From assembly GCA_965287045.1 (NCBI GenBank), contig CBDIYR020000303.1:62001-126000 (forward strand): 64,000 nucleotides of DNA, read 5' to 3'. Under the pieces are notes generated by a model. That model saw only the letters and a list, made by a program, of their open reading frames with translations. It was not told the DNA's origin and searched no databases. This DNA comes from Carcharhinus amblyrhynchos. Lineage: Eukaryota. The translations under genes were made by a program, and so were the position numbers. Shown here in pieces: positions 1 to 12,400 of the stretch (positions within the stretch are counted from its first letter, which is position 1; every line of letters begins with the position of its first letter).

Positions 1-355
1 GGAACACAATTCTCTGAAGTTTCTCTTGCTTGAATTCTAACACTATCTGTCAGTAGTTTATGAGAAACACTTACAATATCAGAGGAAGAAATACGTGAAG
101 TCAATTTAGGCACAATAAGATGCCAGAGAAAATTTTGAAAAACTTTGAACAGTGTAGAATGTTAGATACTGAGCAAAGTCAAACCCCTAAAATAACATTT
201 AAGGGAGGAGCATGTTACACACCCTACCTATCTGTTTGGAGCATCCATTTGAGCAGATCGCGCTTTCTAATAGGATGGGCGATTGTGATCACAAATCATC
301 TGAAACAAATGGCTGAAAAGCATAAATCTGAACAAACTAATGTGATCTTAAATAG

Positions 356-469
356 GAACCTCATCAACACGACAGCAATCAACTGGAGAATTAACTTCAA
401 CTGACACAACCACATTAACCATCAGTACAAATGTTCCCACCACATCTCCTGGAGCCTCAGTATCAGGAG
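356..469 (+). CDS. Mucin PTS cassette exon A (first copy): GTSSTRQQSTGE(L/S)TSTDTTTLTISTNVPTTSPGASVSG
   Basis: ttaaatAG|GAACC...TCAGGAG|GTAAAT, 114 nt, phase 1-1. Copies start at 356, 1610, 2866, 4119, 5373, 6627, 7883, 9137, 10393, 11646, 12900, 14154, 15410, 16663, 17917, 19171, 20427, 21680, 22934, 24190, 25443, 26696, 27951, 29203, 30457, 31710, 32963, 34217, 35470, 36725. Confidence 0.88.
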
Positions 470-3400
470 GTAAATGCCAGAGATGGGGATCTGTGGGGCG
501 GACAGTTATTCATTGCTGCAGTCGGGAAAGTGTGCAGGTGCAATTTCCAAATTTCATTCAAGGAGGACGGTACTGGATCCTGTAACAGTTTCCCTCTGGG
601 AACAGTGTCACTGAATAAACATAGATATACACAGCCTTCAATTCATACACAATGGGAGCATTAAATTCAAGATGCACGTGAGCAGGCAATTCATTTCAAT
701 GACGTTGCTAAGATTTACGTAGGACCACTGTCCTGCTTCTGTTCATAAGGTACCTTCAGATCCAGTACTGGACCAAAGTGGGGAGATTGCGCTCCATTGA
801 ACATCTCAGTGGGGAATAATATCTGTGATAGTGAAGCACTCCCTCTGAGCACTACTGAGAGGATCAGCCTAGCTTTTGCTCTTTGAAGCTGTGACTGCCT
901 CTTAACGTTGATCCAGAAGGAGCCTATGAGAAGTAGTCTTCCATTTCAATATGATAGAAGTACTAGAATTTGAAGCCGGTGTGTGGACATTCACATGGGA
1001 AAGCAGAGACATGGAAAGACCGTTCATTATAAATGTGACACAATTAACTTGACTTTAAACAGGAACAACATCAACAGAACAGGTATCAACAAGTGAATCA
1101 AGTTCAACTGGATCTCCAGCAGCAACCAGCCGCCCAAATCCTGGCCTGACATCGACTGGACCCCGGACATCAGGAGGTAAATGACAGACAATCTGACCGA
1201 TTGTCTCAACATATCAAACTGGAAATATTCTCTGAGCAGCTGGTAGACAAACGGGGAACACAATTCTCTGAAGTTTCTCTTGCTTGAATTCTAACACTAT
1301 CTGTCAGTAGTTTATGAGAAACACTTACAATATCAGAGGAAGAAATACGTGAAGTCAATTTAGGCACAATAAGATGCCAGAGAAAATTTTGAAAAACTTT
1401 GAACAGTGTAGAATGTTAGATACTGAGCAAAGTCAGACCCCTAAAATAACATTTAAGGGAGGAGCATGTTACACACCCTACCTATCTGTTTGGAGCATCC
1501 ATTTGAGCAGATCGCGCTTTCTAATAGGATGGGCGATTGTGATCACAAATCATCTGAAACAAATGGCTGAAAAGCATAAATCTGAACAAACTAATGTGAT
1601 CTTAAATAGGAACCTCATCAACACGACAGCAATCAACTGGAGAATCAACTTCAACTGACACAACCACATTAACCATCAGTACAAATGTTCCCACCACATC
1701 TCCTGGAGCCTCAGTATCAGGAGGTAAATGCCAGAGATGGGGATCTGTGGGGCGGACAGTTATTCATTGCTGCAGTCGGGAAAGTGTGCAGGTGCAATTT
1801 CCAAATTTCATTCGAGGAGGACGGTACTGGATCCTGTCACAGTTTCCCTCTGGGAACAGTGTCACTGAATAAACATAGATATACACAGCCTTCAATTCAT
1901 ACACAGTGGGAGCATTAAATTCAAGATGCACGTGAGCAGTCAATCCATTTCAATGATGTTGTTAAGATTTACGCAGGACCACTGTCCTGCTTCTGTTCAC
2001 AAGGTAACCTCAGATCCAGTACTGGACCAAAGTGGGGAGATTGCGCTCCATTGAATGTCTCGGTGGGGAATGATATCTGTGACAGTGAAGCACTTTCTCT
2101 GTGGACTACTGAGAGGATCAGCCTAGCTTTCCTCTGTGAAGCTGTGACTGCCTCTTACTGTTGATCCAGAAGGAGCCTATGAGAAGTAGTCTTCCATTTC
2201 AATATGATAGAAGTACTAGTATTTGAGTGCCGAAGTGTGGATATTCAGATGGGAAAGCAGAGACATGGAAAGACCGTTCATTATAAATGTGACACAATTA
2301 ACTTGACTTTAAACAGGAACAACATCAACAGAACAGGTATCAACAAGTGAATCAAGTTCAACTGGATCTCCAGCAGCAACCAGCCGCCCAAATCCTGGCC
2401 TGACATCGACTGGACCCCGGACATCAGGAGGTAAATGACAGACAATCTGACCGATTGTCTCAACATATCAAACTGGAAATATTCTCTGAGCAGCTGGTAG
2501 ACAAACGGGGAACACAATTCTCTGAAGTTTCTCTTGCTTGAATTCTAACACTATCTGTCAGTAGTTTATGTGAAACAGTTACCATATCAGAGGAAGAAAT
2601 ACGTGAAGTCAATCTCGGCACAATATGATGCCAGAGAAAATTTTGATAACCTTTCAACAGAGAGTAGAATGTTAGACACTGAGCAAAGTCTGACCCCTAA
2701 AATAACACTTAAGGGATGAGCATGTTACGCGCCCTACCTATCGGTTTGGAGCATCCATGTGAGCAGATCACGCTTTCTAATAGGATGGGCGATTGTGATC
2801 ACAAATCATCTGAAACAAATGGCTGAAAAGCATAAATCTGAACAAACTAATGTGATCTTAGATAGGAACCTCATCAACACGACAGCAATCAACTGGAGAA
2901 TCAACTTCAACTGACACAACCACATTAACCGTCAGTACAAATGTTCCCACCACATCTCCTGGAGCCTCAGTATCAGGAGGTAAATGCCAGACATTGGGAT
3001 CTATGGGGCGGACAGTTATTCATTGCTGCAGTCGGGAAAGTGTGCAGGTGCAATTTCCAAATTTCATTCGAGGAGGACGGTACTGGATCCTGTCACAGTT
3101 TCTCTCTGGGAACAGTGTCACTGAATAAACATAGATATACACAGCTTTGAATTCATACACAATGGGAGCATTAAATTCAAGATGCACGTGAGCAGGCAAT
3201 CTATTGCAATGACGTTGCTAAGATTTACTAGGACCACTGTCCTGCTTCTGTTCACAATGTACCCTCAGATCCAGTACTGGACCAAAGTGGGGAGATTGCG
3301 CTCCATTGAACATCTCAGGGGGGAATAATATCTGTGACAGTGAAGCACTCCCTCTGAGCACTACTGAGAGGATCAGCCTAGCTTTTGCTCTTTGAAGCTG

Positions 3401-6400
3401 TGACTGCCTCTTAACGTTGATCCAGAAGGAACCTATGAGAAATAGTCTTCCATTTCAATATGATAGAAGTACTAGTATTTGAAGCCGGTGTGTGGACATT
3501 CAGATGGGAAAGCAGAGACATGGAAAGACCGTTCATTATAAATGTGACACAATTAACTTGATTTTAAACAGGAACAACATCAACAGAACAGGTATCAACA
3601 AGTGAATCAAGTTCAACTGGATCTCCAGCAGCAACCAGCCGCCCAAATCCTGGCCTGACATCGACTGGACCCCGGACATCAGGAGGTAAATGACAGACAA
3701 TCTGACCGATTGTCTCAACATATCAAACTGGAAATATTCTCTGAGCAGCTGGTAGACAAACGGGGAACACAATTCTCTGAAGTTTCTCTTGCTTGAATTC
3801 TAACACTATCTGTCAGTAGTTTATGAGAAACACTTACAATATCAGAGGAAGAAATACGTGAAGTCAATTTAGGCACAATAAGATGCCAGAGAAAATTTTG
3901 AAAAACTTTGAACAGTGTAGAATGTTAGATACTGAGCAAAGTCAGACCCCTAAAATAACATTTAAGGGAGGAGCATGTTACACACCCTACCTATCTGTTT
4001 GGAGCATCCATTTGAGCAGATCGCGCTTTCTAATAGGATGGGCGATTGTGATCACAAATCATCTGAAACAAATGGCTGAAAAGCATAAATCTGAACAAAC
4101 TAATGTGATCTTAGATAGGAACCTCATCAACATGACAGCAATCAACTGGAGAATCAACTTCAACTGACACAACCACATTAACCATCAGTACAAATGTTCC
4201 CACCACATCTCCTGGAGCCTCAGTATCAGGAGGTAAATGCCAGAGATTGGGATCTGTGGGGCGGACAGTTATTCATTGCTGCAGTCGGGAAAGTGTGCAG
4301 GTGCAATTTCCAAATTTCATTCGAGGAGGACGGTACTGGATCCTGTCACAGTTTCCCTCTGGGAACAGTGTCACTGAATAAACATAGATATACACAGCCT
4401 TCAATTCATACACAGTGGGAGCATTAAATTCAAGATGCACGTGAGCAGGCAATTCATTTCAATGACGTTGCTAAGATTTACGTAGGACCACTGTCCTGCT
4501 TCTGTTCATAAGGTACCTTCAGATCCAGTACTGGACCAAAGTGGGGAGATTGTGCTCCATTGAACATCTCAGTGGGGAATAATATCTGTGATAGTGAAGC
4601 ACTCCCTCTGAGCACTACTGAGAGGATCAGCCTAGCTTTTGCTCTTTGAAGCTGTGACTGCCTCTTAACGTTGATCCAGAAGGAGCCTATGAGAAGTAGT
4701 CTTCCATTTCAATATGATAGAAGTACTAGTATTTGAAGCCGGTGTGTGGACATTCAGATGGGAAAGCAGAGACATGGAAAGACCGTTCATTATAAATGTG
4801 ACACAATTAACTTGATTTTAAACAGGAACAACATCAACAGAACAGGTATCAACAAGTGAATCAAGTTCAACTGGATCTCCAGCAGCAACCAGCCGCCCAA
4901 ATCCTGGCCTGACATCGACTGGACCCCGGACATCAGGAGGTAAATGACAGACAATCTGACCGATTGTCTCAACATATCAAACTGGAAATATTCTCTGAGC
5001 AGCTGGTAGACAAACGGGGAACACAATTCTCTGAAGTTTCTCTTGCTTGAATTCTAACACTATCTGTCAGTAGTTTATGAGAAACACTTACAATATCAGA
5101 GGAAGAAATACGTGAAGTCAATTTAGGCACAATAAGATGCCAGAGAAAATTTTGAAAAACTTTGAACAGTGTAGAATGTTAGATACTGAGCAAAGTCAGA
5201 CCCCTAAAATAACATTTAAGGGAGGAGCATGTTACACACCCTACCTATCTGTTTGGAGCATCCATTTGAGCAGATCGCGCTTTCTAATAGGATGGGCGAT
5301 TGTGATCACAAATCATCTGAAACAAATGGCTGAAAAGCATAAATCTGAACAAACTAATGTGATCTTAAATAGGAACCTCATCAACACGACAGCAATCAAC
5401 TGGAGAATTAACTTCAACTGACACAACCACATTAACCATCAGTACAAATGTTCCCACCACATCTCCTGGAGCCTCAGTATCAGGAGGTAAATGCCAGAGA
5501 TGGGGATCTGTGGGGCGGACAGTTATTCATTGCTGCAGTCGGGAAAGTGTGCAGGTGCAATTTCCAAATTTCATTCGAGGAGGACGGTACTGGATCCTGT
5601 AACAGTTTCCCTCTGGGAACAGTGTCACTGAATAAACATAGATATACACAGCTTTGAATTCATACACAATGGGAGCATTAAATTCAAGATGCACGTGAGC
5701 AGGCAATTCATTTCAATGACGTTGCTAAGATTTACGTAGGACCACTGTCCTGCTTCTGTTCATAAGGTACCTTCAGATCCAGTACTGGACCAAAGTGGGG
5801 AGATTGCGCTCCATTGAACATCTCAGTGGGGAATAATATCTGTGATAGTGAAGCACTCCCTCTGAGCACTACTGAGAGGATCAGCCTAGCTTTTGCTCTT
5901 TGAAGCTGTGACTGCCTCTTAACGTTGATCCAGAAGGAGCCTATGAGAAGTAGTCTTCCATTTCAATATGATAGAAGTACTAGAATTTGAAGCCGGTGTG
6001 TGGACATTCACATGGGAAAGCAGAGACATGGAAAGACCGTTCATTATAAATGTGACACAATTAACTTGACTTTAAACAGGAACAACATCAACAGAACAGG
6101 TATCAACAAGTGAATCAAGTTCAACTGGATCTCCAGCAGCAACCAGCCGCCCAAATCCTGGCCTGACATCGACTGGACCCCGGACATCAGGAGGTAAATG
6201 ACAGACAATCTGACCGATTGTCTCAACATATCAAACTGGAAATATTCTCTGAGCAGCTGGTAGACAAACGGGGAACACAATTCTCTGAAGTTTCTCTTGC
6301 TTGAATTCTAACACTATCTGTCAGTAGTTTATGAGAAACACTTACAATATCAGAGGAAGAAATACGTGAAGTCAATTTAGGCAGAATAAGATGCCAGAGA

Positions 6401-9400
6401 AAATTTTGAAAAACTTTGAACAGTGTAGAATGTTAGATACTGAGCAAAGTCAGACCCCTAAAATAACATTTAAGGGAGGAGCATGTTACACACCCTACCT
6501 ATCTGTTTGGAGCATCCATTTGAGCAGATCGCGCTTTCTAATAGGATGGGCGATTGTGATCACAAATCATCTGAAACAAATGGCTGAAAAGCATAAATCT
6601 GAACAAACTAATGTGATCTTAAATAGGAACCTCATCAACACGACAGCAATCAACTGGAGAATCAACTTCAACTGACACAACCACATTAACCATCAGTACA
6701 AATGTTCCCCCCACATCTCCTGGAGCCTCAGTATCAGGAGGTAAATGCCAGAGATGGGGATCTGTGGGGCGGACAGTTATTCATTGCTGCAGTCGGGAAA
6801 GTGTGCAGGTGCAATTTCCAAATTTCATTCGAGGAGGACGGTACTGGATCCTGTCACAGTTTCCCTCTGGGAACAGTGTCACTGAATAAACATAGATATA
6901 CACAGCCTTCAATTCATACACAGTGGGAGCATTAAATTCAAGATGCACGTGAGCAGTCAATCCATTTCAATGATGTTGTTAAGATTTACGCAGGACCACT
7001 GTCCTGCTTCTGTTCACAAGGTAACCTCAGATCCAGTACTGGACCAAAGTGGGGAGATTGCGCTCCATTGAATGTCTCGGTGGGGAATGATATCTGTGAC
7101 AGTGAAGCACTTTCTCTGTGGACTACTGAGAGGATCAGCCTAGCTTTCCTCTGTGAAGCTGTGACTGCCTCTTACTGTTGATCCAGAAGGAGCCTATGAG
7201 AAGTAGTCTTCCATTTCAATATGATAGAAGTACTAGTATTTGAGTGCCGAAGTGTGGATATTCAGATGGGAAAGCAGAGACATGGAAAGACCGTTCATTA
7301 TAAATGTGACACAATTAACTTGACTTTAAACAGGAACAACATCAACAGAACAGGTATCAACAAGTGAATCAAGTTCAACTGGATCTCCAGCAGCAACCAG
7401 CCGCCCAAATCCTGGCCTGACATCGACTGGACCCCGGACATCAGGAGGTAAATGACAGACAATCTGACCGATTGTCTCAACATATCAAACTGGAAATATT
7501 CTCTGAGCAGCTGGTAGACAAACGGGGAACACAATTCTCTGAAGTTTCTCTTGCTTGAATTCTAACACTATCTGCCAGTAGTTTATGTGAAACAGTTACC
7601 ATATCAGAGGAAGAAATACGTGAAGTCAATCTCGGCACAATATGATGCCAGAGAAAATTTTGATAACCTTTCAACAGAGAGTAGAATGTTAGACACTGAG
7701 CAAAGTCTGACCCCTAAAATAACACTTAAGGGATGAGCATGTTACGCGCCCTACCTATCGGTTTGGAGCATCCATGTGAGCAGATCACGCTTTCTAATAG
7801 GATGGGCGATTGTGATCACAAATCATCTGAAACAAATGGCTGAAAAGCATAAATCTGAACAAACTAATGTGATCTTAGATAGGAACCTCATCAACACGAC
7901 AGCAATCAACTGGAGAATCAACTTCAACTGACACAACCACATTAACCATCAGTACAAATGTTCCCACCACATCTCCTGGAGCCTCAGTATCAGGAGGTAA
8001 ATGCCAGAGATGGGGATCTGTGGGGCGGACAGTTATTCATTGCTGCAGTCGGGAAAGTGTGCAGGTGCAATTTCCAAATTTCATTCGAGGAGGACGGTAC
8101 TGGATCCTGTAACAGTTTCCCTCTGGGAACAGTGTCACTGAATAAACATAGATATACACAGCTTTGAATTCATACACAATGGGAGCATTAAATTCAAGAT
8201 GCACGTGAGCAGGCAATTCATTTCAATGACGTTGCTAAGATTTACGTAGGACCACTGTCCTGCTTCTGTTCATAAGGTACCTTCAGATCCAGTACTGGAC
8301 CAAAGTGGGGAGATTGCGCTCCATTGAACATCTCAGTGGGGAATAATATCTGTGATAGTGAAGCACTCCCTCTGAGCACTACTGAGAGGATCAGCCTAGC
8401 TTTTGCTCTTTGAAGCTGTGACTGCCTCTTAACGTTGATCCAGAAGGAGCCTATGAGAAGTAGTCTTCCATTTCAATATGATAGAAGTACTAGAATTTGA
8501 AGCCGGTGTGTGGACATTCACATGGGAAAGCAGAGACATGGAAAGACCGTTCATTATAAATGTGACACAATTAACTTGACTTTAAACAGGAACAACATCA
8601 ACAGAACAGGTATCAACAAGTGAATCAAGTTCAACTGGATCTCCAGCAGCAACCAGCCGCCCAAATCCTGGCCTGACATCGACTGGACCCCGGACATCAG
8701 GAGGTAAATGACAGACAATCTGACCGATTGTCTCAACATATCAAACTGGAAATATTCTCTGAGCAGCTGGTAGACAAACGGGGAACACAATTCTCTGAAG
8801 TTTCTCTTGCTTGAATTCTAACACTATCTGTCAGTAGTTTATGAGAAACACTTACAATATCAGAGGAAGAAATACGTGAAGTCAATTTAGGCACAATAAG
8901 ATGCCAGAGAAAATTTTGAAAAACTTTGAACAGTGTAGAATGTTAGATACTGAGCAAAGTCAGACCCCTAAAATAACATTTAAGGGAGGAGCATGTTACA
9001 CACCCTACCTATCTGTTTGGAGCATCCATTTGAGCAGATCGCGCTTTCTAATAGGATGGGCGATTGTGATCACAAATCATCTGAAACAAATGGCTGAAAA
9101 GCATAAATCTGAACAAACTAATGTGATCTTAAATAGGAACCTCATCAACACGACAGCAATCAACTGGAGAATCAACTTCAACTGACACAACCACATTAAC
9201 CATCAGTACAAATGTTCCCACCACATCTCCTGGAGCCTCAGTATCAGGAGGTAAATGCCAGAGATGGGGATCTGTGGGGCGGACAGTTATTCATTGCTGC
9301 AGTCGGGAAAGTGTGCAGGTGCAATTTCCAAATTTCATTCGAGGAGGACGGTACTGGATCCTGTCACAGTTTCCCTCTGGGAACAGTGTCACTGAATAAA

Positions 9401-12400
9401 CATAGATATACACAGCCTTCAATTCATACACAGTGGGAGCATTAAATTCAAGATGCACGTGAGCAGTCAATCCATTTCAATGATGTTGTTAAGATTTACG
9501 CAGGACCACTGTCCTGCTTCTGTTCACAAGGTAACCTCAGATCCAGTACTGGACCAAAGTGGGGAGATTGCGCTCCATTGAATGTCTCGGTGGGGAATGA
9601 TATCTGTGACAGTGAAGCACTTTCTCTGTGGACTACTGAGAGGATCAGCCTAGCTTTCCTCTGTGAAGCTGTGACTGCCTCTTACTGTTGATCCAGAAGG
9701 AGCCTATGAGAAGTAGTCTTCCATTTCAATATGATAGAAGTACTAGTATTTGAGTGCCGAAGTGTGGATATTCAGATGGGAAAGCAGAGACATGGAAAGA
9801 CCGTTCATTATAAATGTGACACAATTAACTTGACTTTAAACAGGAACAACATCAACAGAACAGGTATCAACAAGTGAATCAAGTTCAACTGGATCTCCAG
9901 CAGCAACCAGCCGCCCAAATCCTGGCCTGACATCGACTGGACCCCGGACATCAGGAGGTAAATGACAGACAATCTGACCGATTGTCTCAACATATCAAAC
10001 TGGAAATATTCTCTGAGCAGCTGGTAGACAAACGGGGAACACAATTCTCTGAAGTTTCTCTTGCTTGAATTCTAACACTATCTGCCAGTAGTTTATGTGA
10101 AACAGTTACCATATCAGAGGAAGAAATACGTGAAGTCAATCTCGGCACAATATGATGCCAGAGAAAATTTTGATAACCTTTCAACAGAGAGTAGAATGTT
10201 AGACACTGAGCAAAGTCTGACCCCTAAAATAACACTTAAGGGATGAGCATGTTACGCGCCCTACCTATCGGTTTGGAGCATCCATGTGAGCAGATCACGC
10301 TTTCTAATAGGATGGGCGATTGTGATCACAAATCATCTGAAACAAATGGCTGAAAAGCATAAATCTGAACAAACTAATGTGATCTTAGATAGGAACCTCA
10401 TCAACACGACAGCAATCAACTGGAGAATCAACTTCAACTGACACAACCACATTAACCATCAGTACAAATGTTCCCACCACATCTCCTGGAGCCTCAGTAT
10501 CAGGAGGTAAATGCCAGACATTGGGATCTATGGGGCGGACAGTTATTCATTGCTGCAGTCGGGAAAGTGTGCAGGTGCAATTTCCAAATTTCATTCGAGG
10601 AGGACGGTACTGGATCCTGTCACAGTTTCTCTCTGGGAACAGTGTCACTGAATAAACATAGATATACACAGCTTTGAATTCATACACAATGGGAGCATTA
10701 AATTCAAGATGCACGTGAGCAGGCAATCTATTGCAATGACGTTGCTAAGATTTACTAGGACCACTGTCCTGCTTCTGTTCACAATGTACCCTCAGATCCA
10801 GTACTGGACCAAAGTGGGGAGATTGCGCTCCATTGAACATCTCAGGGGGGAATAATATCTGTGACAGTGAAGCACTCCCTCTGAGCACTACTGAGAGGAT
10901 CAGCCTAGCTTTTGCTCTTTGAAGCTGTGACTGTCTCTTAACGTTGATCCAGAAGGAACCTATGAGAAATAGTCTTCCATTTCAATATGATAGAAGTACT
11001 AGTATTTGAAGCCGGTGTGTGGACATTCAGATGGGAAAGCAGAGACATGGAAAGACCGTTCATTATAAATGTGACACAATTAACTTGATTTTAAACAGGA
11101 ACAACATCAACAGAACAGGTATCAACAAGTGAATCAAGTTCAACTGGATCTCCAGCAGCAACCAGCCGCCCAAATCCTGGCCTGACATCGACTGGACCCC
11201 GGACATCAGGAGGTAAATGACAGACAATCTGACCGATTGTCTCAACATATCAAACTGGAAATATTCTCTGAGCAGCTGGTAGACAAACGGGGAACACAAT
11301 TCTCTGAAGTTTCTCTTGCTTGAATTCTAACACTATCTGTCAGTAGTTTATGAGAAACACTTACAATATCAGAGGAAGAAATACGTGAAGTCAATTTAGG
11401 CACAATAAGATGCCAGAGAAAATTTTGAAAAACTTTGAACAGTGTAGAATGTTAGATACTGAGCAAAGTCAGACCCCTAAAATAACATTTAAGGGAGGAG
11501 CATGTTACACACCCTACCTATCTGTTTGGAGCATCCATTTGAGCAGATCGCGCTTTCTAATAGGATGGGCGATTGTGATCACAAATCATCTGAAACAAAT
11601 GGCTGAAAAGCATAAATCTGAACAAACTAATGTGATCTTAGATAGGAACCTCATCAACACGACAGCAATCAACTGGAGAATCAACTTCAACTGACACAAC
11701 CACATTAACCATCAGTACAAATGTTCCCACCACATCTCCTGGAGCCTCAGTATCAGGAGGTAAATGCCAGAGATTGGGATCTGTGGGGCGGACAGTTATT
11801 CATTGCTGCAGTCGGGAAAGTGTGCAGGTGCAATTTCCAAATTTCATTCGAGGAGGACGGTACTGGATCCTGTCACAGTTTCCCTCTGGGAACAGTGTCA
11901 CTGAATAAACATAGATATACACAGCCTTCAATTCATACACAGTGGGAGCATTAAATTCAAGATGCACGTGAGCAGGCAATTCATTTCAATGACGTTGCTA
12001 AGATTTACGTAGGACCACTGTCCTGCTTCTGTTCATAAGGTACCTTCAGATCCAGTACTGGACCAAAGTGGGGAGATTGTGCTCCATTGAACATCTCAGT
12101 GGGGAATAATATCTGTGATAGTGAAGCACTCCCTCTGAGCACTACTGAGAGGATCAGCCTAGCTTTTGCTCTTTGAAGCTGTGACTGCCTCTTAACGTTG
12201 ATCCAGAAGGAGCCTATGAGAAGTAGTCTTCCATTTCAATATGATAGAAGTACTAGTATTTGAAGCCGGTGTGTGGACATTCAGATGGGAAAGCAGAGAC
12301 ATGGAAAGACCGTTCATTATAAATGTGACACAATTAACTTGATTTTAAACAGGAACAACATCAACAGAACAGGTATCAACAAGTGAATCAAGTTCAACTG

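Noticed and set aside
1076-1090. Cryptic donor CAG|GTATCA inside exon B
   Set aside because: Weak +4 to +6 consensus, it would frameshift (phase 0), and there is no evidence of use.
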